From NCBI GenBank assembly GCA_965218795.1, contig OZ244653.1, forward strand, positions 2,080,001-2,144,000: DNA of 64,000 nt, given 5' to 3'. Positions 1 through 10,546 of the stretch are shown one piece after another. Under the pieces are notes generated by a model. That model saw only the letters and a list, made by a program, of their open reading frames with translations. It was not told the origin of the DNA and did no database searches. The translations under genes and the position numbers were made by a program. Every line of letters starts with the position of its first letter. Position 1 is the first letter of the stretch. The DNA comes from a bacterium. Its GTDB lineage: Bacteria; UBA8248; JACPRG01; G963555815.

Positions 1-353
1 GAGTTCGAGGTCAGGACGTCCCGGATATCCATCGGGATTTCTTCCCGGGCTCGAACTTCGTTCGGTTCCTTCCAGGAACACCCGTGACGATCGAACCTGC
101 ATCTTGCCGGGAGGTCCTGCGGAGAGTCCCGCCCCGAATCGATGCGTACGCAAAAATTTGATCCAACCGCTGGCAAATGAGATGAGGCGGATTTCATGAG
201 GAAACGCTCTTCAGAGGTGAACGGCAGTAGGCGCGCGAACGAAAAGTTATCGGGATGGAAGCGTAAGGGAGTTGGAACACAACGAAGCACCCTCCGGATG
301 TCTCCATGCACCGGGCCCCTCTGAGACATTCGAAATAGAGAGGAGCATTTCAG

Positions 354-1763
354 ATGCCAAAGGACTTGAGGACCTTCATCGACCTGGCGGGGGAAAAGCT
401 GCCCGAGGACGTGCGCCGCGTCAAGCGGGAAGTCAGCCCGGAGTTCGAGCTCTGCGGCATTCTTCGCGAGCTCCAAAATCACGGCGAATTGCCTATCGTC
501 ATTTTTGAGAAGGTGAAGGGTTCGGATATCCCCCTTGTCGTCAACCTCATCGCGGACGACTCCAAGCTTGCCCTGGCCCTTGAAGTCACGGAGAGGGAGC
601 TGCTTTCCACCTACATCAAGCGCGAGGCGAATCCCATCCCGCCGAAGCAGGTGAAGGACGGCCCCGTCCGGGAGCGGGTCTACACCGGTCAGGACGTGGA
701 CCTCTTCAGCCTGCCCATGACGCTTCAATGCGAGAAGGACGGAGGCTGTTTCCTCACGGCCGGCGTGACCATCGTGAAAGACCCGGAGACCGGAGCCTTC
801 AATTCCGGCATCTACCGCCAGATGCGTCATGAGCGGAACCTTCTCGGGATGAGTTTTGAGCCGCAATCCCACATCGGATACAGCTACCGAAAGATGGAAA
901 GGGAGGGGAAAGGTCTTCCCGCCGTGACTTACCTCGGCCACCACCCGGCCACCCTCCTGGGGAGTCAATCGAAGCTGCCCTTCGGCGGGGACGAAATGTC
1001 CGTCATGGGCGGGTTGATGGAAGAGCCGCTCGAGCTGGTTCCGTGTGAGACCCAAGACCTCATGGTCCCGGCGTATGCGGAGATTGCGATCGAGGGCGTC
1101 ATCCGGCCGCACGAGCGGAGGTGGGAGGGACCCTTTGGCGAGTACACTTGGTACTACGGGTTCGCCCGGAACAGCCCCGTCTTTGAAGTGACGGCGATCA
1201 CCCACCGGGAGAACCCTTACTACCAGGACCTGTTCAGCGTGTTTCCCGAGCACCTGTTGGCGGGTCGGGTCGGACGCGAGGCCGTCCTCTTTCAGAAGGT
1301 CCGCGCCAGCTGCCCCTCCGTCATCGATGTTTCACTGCCCGTTTCCGGCGTGTGCCGCTTGACGGCCTATGTTCAGATCGACAAGCAGTTCGACGGGGAG
1401 GCGAAAATGGCCGCCCTGGCGGCGCTGGCGTCGGATGCCTTTGTCAAGCTGGTGGTCGTAGTGGATAAGGACGTCGACGTTCACAACGAAAAGGACGTCA
1501 TGTGGGCGGTTGCCACCCGGACGCAGCCGGATCAGGATACCTTCTTTGTGCCCAACTCAGTCGGTTCGCGTCTCGATCCGTCGGGGTACTCGGTGTGGAA
1601 CCGAAACGAACGGAACGGCATGAACACCAAATGGGCGATTGACGCGACCACGCCCATCGAGGCCCCCTTCGAGGAGGTGGCCGATGTGCCCGAAGAGGTC
1701 TTGAACCGGATCAATCTGAAAGATTACTTCGACGATTGGAAGGAGGCTTCGACACATGGCTGA
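354..1763 (+). CDS. UbiD family (prFMN-dependent) decarboxylase
   Basis: 469 aa; DLRTFI N-terminus, FNSGIYR, EGPFGEYTWYY, KLVVVVDKDVDV..WAVATR, LDPS, KWAIDAT motifs; AGGAG RBS. Confidence 0.93.
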   Translation: MPKDLRTFIDLAGEKLPEDVRRVKREVSPEFELCGILRELQNHGELPIVIFEKVKGSDIPLVVNLIADDSKLALALEVTERELLSTYIKREANPIPPKQVKDGPVRERVYTGQDVDLFSLPMTLQCEKDGGCFLTAGVTIVKDPETGAFNSGIYRQMRHERNLLGMSFEPQSHIGYSYRKMEREGKGLPAVTYLGHHPATLLGSQSKLPFGGDEMSVMGGLMEEPLELVPCETQDLMVPAYAEIAIEGVIRPHERRWEGPFGEYTWYYGFARNSPVFEVTAITHRENPYYQDLFSVFPEHLLAGRVGREAVLFQKVRASCPSVIDVSLPVSGVCRLTAYVQIDKQFDGEAKMAALAALASDAFVKLVVVVDKDVDVHNEKDVMWAVATRTQPDQDTFFVPNSVGSRLDPSGYSVWNRNERNGMNTKWAIDATTPIEAPFEEVADVPEEVLNRINLKDYFDDWKEASTHG

Positions 1764-2139
1764 TTCGAATCAATCACCTGAAATCGCGGAGCTTCGGCAG
1801 TCATTGGCCGTTCTCCACCTGGATCTACTGGTCCACAAGGGCTTTTCAGGGAGCGCCCGATGGAGGGCCGAACGGGGTGTGGACGTGGCATTGGAGGAAT
1901 TCAACGCGGCGGGAAGGGTGCTTGCGGACACGGGGTGGTCGGAAGATGCGCGACCAGCGGCGGAAAACGCACAAGAGGCCCTCCGCGGTTATCAAAACGC
2001 AATATCGGCCTTTGACAGCACGAGGGAGAACCTCTACCGAACCCTGCTGAGCGATTCCATCTGGGGACTCAAGGCCGCCATCTTTGGATGGGAGTACGAA
2101 CAGCAGGTCCACGTGAAGGAAGGAAAATCCTGGATGTGA
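1756..2139 (+). CDS. Hypothetical protein (127 aa, probably helical), overlapping the UbiD stop
   Basis: ATG preceded by AAGGAGG, 8-nt overlap with upstream CDS; no recognisable motif. Confidence 0.65.
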   Translation: MADSNQSPEIAELRQSLAVLHLDLLVHKGFSGSARWRAERGVDVALEEFNAAGRVLADTGWSEDARPAAENAQEALRGYQNAISAFDSTRENLYRTLLSDSIWGLKAAIFGWEYEQQVHVKEGKSWM

Positions 2140-2373
2140 AGGACAGGCCGCGGCCTGCGCTCGCAATGCGCAAGTCAGCCGCGTGCTTCCCCCCGCCCTC
2201 CAGGAGCCGCTCTAAATGATACAAATATGACCGACATATCGGCCTGCGGGTAGATGGCGGCGTCGGTGACAACGTGACCGGATTCGGCCTCGCGGCGTGA
2301 GCATCCGAAACGAACCAGGCACAGTTGACTCCTTCCCCATCTCCCTTGCCGGTCCGGGACCGCTCCCGTCTCC

Positions 2374-2841
2374 TCAAATCCCCCCGGGGCGCGGAGGGTC
2401 CGCGGCTGTCGAAATGTGCAGATGGACGCATCGCCAGTCGCCCTTCTCCCGGACGTAAACCTCCGTCGACCGGGTTTTCCACACGTCGCCCGTGAAACTC
2501 GCAGCCTCCCCTTCGCCCGTCCAATCCACTTGGCAAGTCCGCTCGCACGTGAGAAGGGCCATGTCCCCTCCCCCCGTCAGCCGCTCATCGGTAGACCGCC
2601 AGGGCTCGGCGGCCTTCACTTGGTCACGGTAAAAATCCCAGAGCTTCGTCCAATGCTCGATACCATAGTACGTATACCCGTTGCCGTTGAAAAAGACACA
2701 GCCGGGATTCTCGCTCCAAATCTTGCGTAGAGCTTCCGTGTCCAATGTGAGGTTCGAATCGAGATACTGCTGGTGAAGCTCCAAAATCCGTTTCCGGTCC
2801 GCTTCGCTGCCTGAAAACCCGATTGCGCCTTTCTCGTTCAT
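2374..2841 (-). CDS. NTF2/SnoaL-like (DUF4440-type) protein
   Basis: 155 aa; C-terminal RSTEVYVREKGDWRCVHLHIS typical of NTF2-like ketosteroid-isomerase fold. Confidence 0.8.
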   Translation of the reverse strand: MNEKGAIGFSGSEADRKRILELHQQYLDSNLTLDTEALRKIWSENPGCVFFNGNGYTYYGIEHWTKLWDFYRDQVKAAEPWRSTDERLTGGGDMALLTCERTCQVDWTGEGEAASFTGDVWKTRSTEVYVREKGDWRCVHLHISTAADPPRPGGI

Positions 2842-3177
2842 GGTCGTTCTCCCCAGGGTGCATTTTCGGTTCCCGCATGTGTCATTGTCTTATCAAGCGC
2901 GGGTTGCCGGTCAAACATGGGTAACGAGACGGTGAGATGGAGGGCGACATCAGCACTCTGTACTGCAACCGGGGCCTTTCCTTCCGCTTCCTCCAGGACC
3001 TCGGCCAGCCTCCAAGCGCGGCGCTTTTCACTGAGAATCCTCCAAGGTCCGTTGCTCTATATTTCGCAGCCCCATCCCTCTTGAGGACAGTAGGGTGCAT
3101 ACCGCCCGCTGGATGTGCCATACTGATGGAGCCTCCCCCGGCAGCGTGTCACCTCAGAATAGGTTCAGACGCAGCGG

Positions 3178-6100
3178 ATGCGATTCCACGCCGATCTCCA
3201 CGTTCATTCGAAATATTCCCGGGCGACCAGCAAGCAATGCGACCTGGAGAATTACGCCTTCTGGGCCCGGAAAAAGGGCATCGCCGTCGTTGCGACGGGG
3301 GACTTCACCCACCCGGTATGGCTGGCCGATCTGAAACAAAAACTCCGGCCCGCAGAGCCCGGTTTGTTCCGCCTGCATCCGGACATCGAAGAAGATGTGG
3401 CCGCCCGGCTGCCGGCGGCATGCAGCGGCGCAACGCGGTTCATGCTGTCGGTCGAGATCTCGACCATCTACAAGAAGGGCGACCTGACCCGCAAGGTCCA
3501 TCACCTGATCTATGCCCCGGACTTTGACGCGGCCGATGAAATCTCCGGGCGACTGGCCCGGATCGGCAACATCGAATCCGACGGACGTCCGATTCTGGGC
3601 CTCGATTCCCGCGATCTGCTCGAAATCACGTTGGAGTCGTGCGCCGGCGCCTATCTCGTTCCCGCCCATATCTGGACCCCCTGGTTTTCGACGCTGGGTT
3701 CGCGCTCCGGCTTCGACTCCATCGGCGAATGTTACGGCGACCTCGCCGACCACATCTTTGCCGTCGAGACCGGGCTTTCGTCCGATCCGCCGATGAACTG
3801 GCGCGTCTCTTTCCTCGACCGTTACCGGATGGTGTCCAATTCCGATGCCCATTCCCCCGCCAAGCTGGCCCGCGAGGCCGTCCTCTTCGACACCGAACCC
3901 GATTACTTCGCCATCCGCAAAGCCCTGGAAACCGGAGAGGGCTACGGGGGCACGGTCGAATTCTTCCCGGAAGAGGGCAAGTACCACATGGACGGCCATC
4001 GCAAATGCAGCGTCCGCCTCTCGCCCGAGGAGACCCTGGAACATGACGGCCGATGTCCGGCTTGCGGCCAGGCTGTCACCGTGGGCGTCATGCACAGGGT
4101 CGATGTCCTTGCCGATCGCGCGGAAGCGGAAACCGTACCGCCCGCCACCGCCGGCGGGGTATCGAACCTCGTCCCCCTGCCGGAAATCCTTTCCGAGATT
4201 TTGGGAACCGGACCCGCCAGCAAGAAGGTCGGGCGGAGCTACGAGCAACTGGTTGCCTCCCTGGGTTCGGAACTTTCCATACTGGAAACCGTGCCCATCG
4301 AGGACATCCGGCGAGCGGACTCCCCGGTGCTTGCCGAGGCCATCCTGCGGCTTCGCGCCGGGGAGGTCATCCGGGAGTCCGGGTACGACGGTGAATACGG
4401 TGTGATCCGGCTTTTTGAAAAGGACGAGCTGCGGCGCCGCACGGGTGGGGGGCTCCTGTTCGACCTCCCGGCTTCGGAGACCGAAAAACCGGCTCTCGAA
4501 ATCTCGAAAAACACCTTACGCCCGAAGCCGCCGCCGCCTGTAACGGAAGAAAAGACAACCGGCATTCAGCGAAGCCAATCCAATGGCCGGAGGAAATCGC
4601 CCACCCCGGCCGCATCCGGCATCCTCGCCGATCTGGATGAGGAACAACGGGCGGCGGCGGAAATCGTGAAAGGCCCGCTGATGATCGTTGCGGGTCCCGG
4701 CTCGGGCAAGACCCGGACGCTCACGTACCGGATGGCCCACCTGCTGATGAAGCACGGCGTTCCGAAAGATCGGTGTCTCGCCATCACGTTCACTCGTCGC
4801 GCCGCGTCCGAGATGAAGGAACGCCTCGCTTCACTTTTCCCGAAAGATTCGCAACTTATCCCCGTCCACACCTTTCACTCCCTGGGATGCTCAATTCTCC
4901 GGGAGCGCCCTGAGGCCGCCGGTCTTCAATCCGGATTCTACATTGCGGATGAAAACGGGCGCGCAGCCCTGCTCAAGGATTCGCTTGGATTTTCCCTGAG
5001 AAAGGCCCGCGTCTTATTGCGCGCGATCTCTCAGGGAAAGCGCACTGAACGCCGACCGGAGGGTGAGGCCGCCGAGATTCTGGAGGCGTATCAGAGAGCG
5101 ATGGAAATCCGCAATTGGGTGGATTTCGACGATCTCGTGGGACTTCCTCTCCGGATACTTGAGTCGGATCCGGACCTGGCCGCGTCCTACTGCGAGCGGT
5201 ATCCGTGGATCTCGGTTGACGAGTTCCAGGACGTGGACCCGCAGCAGTACCGCTTCGTCAAGCTCCTGTCCCCCGCGAACGACGCCAACCTTTGCGTCAT
5301 CGGCGACGCCAATCAGGCCATTTACGGATTCAGGGGCGCGGACGTATCCTGCTTCCACCGGTTCGAGACGGATTATCCGAAGGCGTCGGTGGTTCGGCTC
5401 AAGTGCAATTACCGTTCAAGCGGGACGATTGTTCAGGCCTCGAGCCAGGTCATCGCGCCATCCACAGACGACCCTGAGGTTGCGCGGGTCGTTCGCGACA
5501 TGCGCGAGCGAATCACGATCCACACCGCCCGGACCGATCGGGCCGAAGCCGAATTCGTGGTGCATACGATTGAGCGGATCATCGGGGGCCACAGTTTCTA
5601 CTCGATCGATACCGGCCGTGCGGCGAACGGGGGGCAAGCCGACCTATCGTTTTCCGACTTTGCCGTTCTTTACCGGACCGATGCCCAAGCGTCCGTCTTA
5701 TGCGAAGCCTTGTCACGTTCCGGCATGCCCTTTCAGAAACACTCCCACGAACGACTCTCCGATCAGCCCGGCGTCCAGGCGATTGTCCAGAAACTCCATC
5801 AACATGCCGAGGGTTCATCGCTTCGCCTCCGGCTGAAAGCGGCAGCCGAACAACTCTTGAGCGAGACCGAGACCAATGAAGGGACTGGTTTACGGGCGGC
5901 GCTTCAGCAACTCACCGCGCTGGCGGAGAGCTGCGGCGATGATCCCGGCCGCTTTGCCGAGGCCCTCCTCCTCGCGACCGAAGCGGACGGATGGGATTCG
6001 AGGGCCGATCGGGTCTCTCTTCTGACCCTTCACGCCGCAAAAGGGCTGGAGTTCCCCGTCGTGTTTATCGTGGGTCTCGAAGACGGACTCCTTCCGCTCC

Positions 6101-6339
6101 ATTGGGGCGATGCCGACGACACGGCGGTCGAAGAGGAGCGGCGCCTGTTGTACGTGGGAATGACGCGGGCCGAGGATCGCCTTTTTTTGAGCCGGGCGGT
6201 GAAGCGCCACTGGCGCGGCGGTCTGCGAACGTTCGGCCCCTCCCCTTACCTGAGCGACATCGAGAACACCCTCCTGGAACAAAACCGTGTGGAGGCCCCC
6301 AAAAAGAAGCAGGCGAATCACCAACTCGCACTGCTGTAG
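3178..6339 (+). CDS. Endonuclease Q-like PHP domain fused to UvrD/Rep SF1 helicase
   Basis: N-term ADLHVHSKYSRATS, TGDFTHP, PAHIWTPW, ETGLSSD, NSDAHS, GKYHMDGHRKC..CPACG; C-term AGPGSGKT, VDEFQD, IGDANQAIYGFRG, NYRS, TLHAAKGLEF, EERRLLYVGMTRA. Confidence 0.93.
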   Translation: MRFHADLHVHSKYSRATSKQCDLENYAFWARKKGIAVVATGDFTHPVWLADLKQKLRPAEPGLFRLHPDIEEDVAARLPAACSGATRFMLSVEISTIYKKGDLTRKVHHLIYAPDFDAADEISGRLARIGNIESDGRPILGLDSRDLLEITLESCAGAYLVPAHIWTPWFSTLGSRSGFDSIGECYGDLADHIFAVETGLSSDPPMNWRVSFLDRYRMVSNSDAHSPAKLAREAVLFDTEPDYFAIRKALETGEGYGGTVEFFPEEGKYHMDGHRKCSVRLSPEETLEHDGRCPACGQAVTVGVMHRVDVLADRAEAETVPPATAGGVSNLVPLPEILSEILGTGPASKKVGRSYEQLVASLGSELSILETVPIEDIRRADSPVLAEAILRLRAGEVIRESGYDGEYGVIRLFEKDELRRRTGGGLLFDLPASETEKPALEISKNTLRPKPPPPVTEEKTTGIQRSQSNGRRKSPTPAASGILADLDEEQRAAAEIVKGPLMIVAGPGSGKTRTLTYRMAHLLMKHGVPKDRCLAITFTRRAASEMKERLASLFPKDSQLIPVHTFHSLGCSILRERPEAAGLQSGFYIADENGRAALLKDSLGFSLRKARVLLRAISQGKRTERRPEGEAAEILEAYQRAMEIRNWVDFDDLVGLPLRILESDPDLAASYCERYPWISVDEFQDVDPQQYRFVKLLSPANDANLCVIGDANQAIYGFRGADVSCFHRFETDYPKASVVRLKCNYRSSGTIVQASSQVIAPSTDDPEVARVVRDMRERITIHTARTDRAEAEFVVHTIERIIGGHSFYSIDTGRAANGGQADLSFSDFAVLYRTDAQASVLCEALSRSGMPFQKHSHERLSDQPGVQAIVQKLHQHAEGSSLRLRLKAAAEQLLSETETNEGTGLRAALQQLTALAESCGDDPGRFAEALLLATEADGWDSRADRVSLLTLHAAKGLEFPVVFIVGLEDGLLPLHWGDADDTAVEEERRLLYVGMTRAEDRLFLSRAVKRHWRGGLRTFGPSPYLSDIENTLLEQNRVEAPKKKQANHQLALL

Positions 6340-6410
6340 GGTTGACCGAGAAGGCATTGCCTGTCTTGCCCGGTTGAGGCCGGCCCCGAACTGAAAACTC
6401 AGGAGGCGGC

Positions 6411-7517
6411 ATGACTGATTTTTTTCCAAACCATCCAGAGTGGGATGTTCAGGTTCAACGCCTCCTGGCACAGGTCCCTTATGGCGGCGCCGATACATTC
6501 GACTGCCTGCGCGCCGTGGAGCGTATCGCGCCGGGCGATCCGGAAAGCTGGCAGGAAGAATGGCAGCGACTCGGCGAGAAGGTGGAAGGGCGCGCAAGAG
6601 AAGCCGCCGCGAAGGGCGCCGAAGCAGCGACCATGCGCCATTTTTTCCACGCCGGGTCGTATTATCGCCAGTCAGACTTCTTCCTGGCGGGCCAAGACGC
6701 GCGCAAGCGGGAATTGTTTCTGAAAGCGAACGCGTGCTTCCAGGAGGGCGCCAAGCGGTATCACCCGCCCATTGAATCCATCGAGGTACAGTGCGGACCG
6801 GAGACCTACGCCGGTTATTTCTACGCTCCCCGCAGGTTCAACGAGGAGCCGATGCCGGGGGTACTCATGCTCGGCGGCGCGGATTCGCTGGCCGAGGAGC
6901 TTTTCTTTCTGACCGGTCCCGAGCTTGCTCTCCGCGGAACGGCGCTGTTGCTTGTCGATACTCCAGGCCGAGGCTCGTCTCTCCGTGTCAAGAACATTCA
7001 CACCCGCCCCGAGTACGAAGCGCCGGTGAGTGCGGCCATCGATTACCTGGTCGCGCGCGACGAAATCGACGCTAACCGAATCGGCCTCATGGGAATCAGC
7101 ATGGGGGGCTACTACGCGCCGCGGGCGGCAGCCTTCGAGAGACGGGTCAAAGCGTTGGCCTGCTGGTGCGCCTGTTTCGATCTGCTCGCCGACCTGTATG
7201 TTTTCTACCCGCCCATTCGCGGTCAGATGCAGTGGATCCTTGGTGCAGCCAATGATGCGGATGCGCGACGGAAGCTCTCGGCCTTCCATCTCCGCGACGT
7301 GGCCGAACGCATTATCTGCCCCACCTTAATCTCCCATGCGGCCGGTGACACGCTGATGGACGTCCAGGGCGCCGTCCGGCTCTACGAGGCGATCTCGAGT
7401 CGGGATAAGGAGCTCAAGATATGGGAGACCGACGCCGAAGGCGCGGTGCACTGCAATTGGGACAACCTCGCCGTCGTCCTCCCTTATATGCTCGACTGGC
7501 TCGTCGAGCGGTTGTAG
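6411..7517 (+). CDS. Alpha/beta hydrolase (2,6-dihydroxypseudooxynicotine hydrolase/FrsA-like)
   Basis: GGADS, DTPGRG, nucleophile elbow GISMGGYYAPRAAAFE, C-terminal HC. Confidence 0.85.
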   Translation: MTDFFPNHPEWDVQVQRLLAQVPYGGADTFDCLRAVERIAPGDPESWQEEWQRLGEKVEGRAREAAAKGAEAATMRHFFHAGSYYRQSDFFLAGQDARKRELFLKANACFQEGAKRYHPPIESIEVQCGPETYAGYFYAPRRFNEEPMPGVLMLGGADSLAEELFFLTGPELALRGTALLLVDTPGRGSSLRVKNIHTRPEYEAPVSAAIDYLVARDEIDANRIGLMGISMGGYYAPRAAAFERRVKALACWCACFDLLADLYVFYPPIRGQMQWILGAANDADARRKLSAFHLRDVAERIICPTLISHAAGDTLMDVQGAVRLYEAISSRDKELKIWETDAEGAVHCNWDNLAVVLPYMLDWLVERL

Positions 7518-7523
7518 GCTGGT

Positions 7524-7741
7524 TCAGATGCTTTCGAAAACCATCTGGGTCTGCTCCGCCATATCTTCGGGGATGCCTTCGAATTCCTCTGGGTATGGGG
7601 GTTGGAATGGTACACCGGAGCGGTCGTGCACCTGGCAATAAAAAGGATCCTGTCCTTGCTGACTTTAAGTCCGGACGCGTAGGGCATCCAAACATCCTTC
7701 CGCGCGTCCTTGGGATGGATAAACGCAACATCCCTCGCCAC
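7524..7741 (-). pseudogene. Truncated, frameshifted RidA-family gene
   Basis: MARDVAFIHP..WMPYASGLKV..ILFIA..TAPVYH then frame change to PEEFEGIPEDMAEQTQMVFESI-stop; only the N-terminal half of a Rid fold. Confidence 0.6.
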
Positions 7742-7787
7742 TGGCCCCCATCTCCCTTTTCCCTAATGTAATCCGTCGATCGCCGGA

Positions 7788-8659
7788 TTACCCTTCCACC
7801 GGCAGGGACACGTCCAGCCAGTCTTTGATAATATCTCTGGCACGGGGCTTCTCTCCCGCCAGCGGCCAGTGATCGACATCGGACAGCAGGATCAGGTCCG
7901 TCGGTTGGCCCGCGCGCTCGAACAGAAGCAGAGACTGCTCGGTCGGTATCACTGAATCGTTCGATGCGTGAAGAAGCATCAACGGCCTCGGGGCAATGTT
8001 CCCCACCACCTCTTCTGCGTTGAATTCCATCATGCTCCAGCGGTTTCCACGGGAAACTCGGGGATGGCGTCCGGAGGAAGATGTTTTCACAAATGTTCGG
8101 GAATGGGGACGATGTCCCAACTGGATACCCACATGGACACGCCGGTTTTTTCCCTGTGGCGCCTTCCCTCCTCCAGCATGTCGGTGAACTTCTTCCATGC
8201 CTCATCCGTCGGATGCTGTAGCCGAAACTTGCGCTCCCCGTTGCTCCACCCGCAGGAGGAGATAACCGCGGCAAACCGATTATCGATCCCGCCCGCATAT
8301 GCGGCCACGGCCGCGCCGAAACTGTGCCCGATGACACCGATGCGCTGCGGGTCCACGTCGCTTCGTGATGCCATGTAGACAAGCGCGTTGCGTGTGTCTT
8401 CCACTTCCTCCAGGCAAATCACGCGGCCCCGCTCGCCTTCGCTGTCCCCGCACCCCCGATAATCGAAGCGCAGCGCGATGTATCCCCACCCGGCAAACAT
8501 CTCGCACGTCTTTGAATACGTGTCTCCGTTCTTGCTGTTGCCGAACCCGTGCATCACCAGCATGGCCGGCCTTCTCTCACCGGTTTTCAAATCTTCGGGC
8601 GTATGGACAATGCCGGAGAGCTTCAGGCCGTCCGAATCAAAAGTGACGGGCGCTTGCAT
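7788..8659 (-). pseudogene. Alpha/beta hydrolase, disrupted
   Basis: HGFG, FDYRGCGDSEG, GHSFGAA; in-frame TGA at 8087-8089 then KHLPPDAIPEFPVET, 1-nt frameshift near 8040, C-terminal IAPRPLMLLH..D..H in another frame. Confidence 0.85.
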
Positions 8660-8757
8660 GGAAAACTCCACCTGGCAGGTCCGAAAACGATCCCAGACGA
8701 CTCCACTGCCCCCCGGATTTCCCAGCTTCCGGCGATACGTTGGGGCAGGCCGGCTCC

Positions 8758-10212
8758 TTACGGGAATCCCTTGCCAAAGCCCAAGTGGTGGGCCGCCCAG
8801 GCCCCTGCGACTCTCCCGGAAAAGATCGACGGTCCCAGCATGGTCCCCTCCAGTCCTGCGGCCCCATTGATGTGACCCCCGGCCATCCCGGCCACCTCTC
8901 CCGCCGCATACAGTCCCGGGATATCATCACCCCGACCGTCCAACACCCGGCAGGCGAGATCGGTCTTGACGCCTCCAAGATTCTTTCTGGCCAAGGGAAA
9001 AAACTGGATTGCGTAAAACGGCGAATGCTGGAACTTCTTCAATCCATTCAGATTCTTTCCGAAATCAGGGTCTTGGGTCAGCCCTTCATCCAGATAGCGA
9101 TGATAATCGGCGACGGTCTTTTGAAACACCGCCGGATTCACATTCATGGCCGTCGCCAGACCTTCAAACGAGGCTCCCTTTTTGATGTGTGGAGAGCTTT
9201 GGAGAACTCCTGCAATCTTATCGGTAAGGATACCGCCGCCGTCGCGATAACGAGGATCGGAAATCTCCATATCTCCGACCATCGATGAATCCAAGACGGC
9301 CCAAGCCGTTGGAGGCTCCTGTCTCAATAGGGCGGGGGTTCCGGTTGCTCCCCCCGGTCGGAGCTCATCATGGAACCTTCTGCCTTCACAGTTGACCCAG
9401 ATTGCGTTCTTGATTCCCCTGATCACCAGACCCCTGATGCCGCTTCGATCGTCGGGGTCGGGGGTTGCGTATGCATACATCCATATGTCTTCGAGATGCT
9501 GGACCGCCCCCCCGACCTCATCAATCAACCCGTGTCCGGAGCCGAGAGCGCCGGGGCCGCCGCCCACCAGGATTCGCGCGCCTTTCAGGTGGGGCGAGCA
9601 CCTGAGAACCATTTCATGGTTCGAGCAAAATCCGCCCGTGGCGACGATGACGGCTTTCACCCCGATCGCTTTCTTGCCCGTCTCTTGTTGAATATCCGCG
9701 CCCGTCATGCCGCCGGACTCATCGTGAGTCAGTTTCTGCACATTCGTTGAAAACGCCCAGTCCTCGACCCCCGCCCTGACAGCCTCCTGATAAATACATT
9801 CGAGAATCTCTCGTCCCTTTCCCCGCGGTCTGTGCCACCGGGGCACCGTATTGCCCTCTTCGGGTTTCACCTCGGACCATTTGACACCAAGCTTCTCCGT
9901 CCATTCGAATATATCCGGGCAGCTCCTTTCGATGTAATAACGGGCCCATTCCATATCCGCGGTTCCATTGGACCACCTGTCCCAGTCTTCCGAAGCCAGC
10001 TCGATGGAGTCCTGGATGCCCAATTCTCTCTGGAGCGGGGTATCCACCATGAGAACCCCGCCGCCGGAAATGATCGACGCCCCTCCCCAGGTGGGGGCCT
10101 GCTCGACGATTTTGACTTTGGCGCCCCGGGAAGCTGCTTCAATGGAAGCCGAAATACCGGCCGCGCCGGCGCCGATGATCAAAATGTCCATATCAGCGTT
10201 TCCGCAGGCCAT
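8758..10212 (-). CDS. FAD-binding oxidoreductase (FAD_binding_2, flavocytochrome c / ketosteroid dehydrogenase-like)
   Basis: IIGAGAAG, GGASIISGG, VIVATGGF, WVNCEGRRF, NLGGVKTD..IPGLYAAGEVAG; start uncertain (10191/10212/10227). Confidence 0.88.
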   Translation of the reverse strand: MACGNADMDILIIGAGAAGISASIEAASRGAKVKIVEQAPTWGGASIISGGGVLMVDTPLQRELGIQDSIELASEDWDRWSNGTADMEWARYYIERSCPDIFEWTEKLGVKWSEVKPEEGNTVPRWHRPRGKGREILECIYQEAVRAGVEDWAFSTNVQKLTHDESGGMTGADIQQETGKKAIGVKAVIVATGGFCSNHEMVLRCSPHLKGARILVGGGPGALGSGHGLIDEVGGAVQHLEDIWMYAYATPDPDDRSGIRGLVIRGIKNAIWVNCEGRRFHDELRPGGATGTPALLRQEPPTAWAVLDSSMVGDMEISDPRYRDGGGILTDKIAGVLQSSPHIKKGASFEGLATAMNVNPAVFQKTVADYHRYLDEGLTQDPDFGKNLNGLKKFQHSPFYAIQFFPLARKNLGGVKTDLACRVLDGRGDDIPGLYAAGEVAGMAGGHINGAAGLEGTMLGPSIFSGRVAGAWAAHHLGFGKGFP

Positions 10213-10546
10213 TCTCTGTCCAACCAAGGGAGTCCACCTCTTTCTTCCCCAAACAGCAACTTCTCATCTTAGGGATCATCTGAAATTCATTGAGTATTCG
10301 GGGGATGTCACAATCAGTGAGAACAGTTGCGAATAGGTCAATCTTACAGTTTCCGGTGCAGGTGGCGGCTGAACGAGGGAAGCTTCTGACGCGGCCAGCC
10401 GCAGGAGGCGCGCCCTGGCGCCGTCGGCGGTGCGGCTGCTGGCGGCCCTGCCCCGGGATGCGGACGATCCGTTTCAGAAGGTTGTACCAACGAGTCAATC
10501 TCAACAACTAAAAACTGATTTGACGTGACCGAGGACGGCGCGGCTC

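Noticed and set aside
1-270. Gene start at the left edge (minus strand MDIRDVLTSN)
   Set aside because: Only about 10 codons visible; cannot be assigned
8087-8089. Selenocysteine or recoded TGA in the hydrolase
   Set aside because: Non-catalytic position best explained as CGA to TGA, and a second frameshift follows
10344-10500. Transposase C-terminal remnant (YNLLKRI..WPRQ)
   Set aside because: Too short and degenerate; no terminal repeats seen
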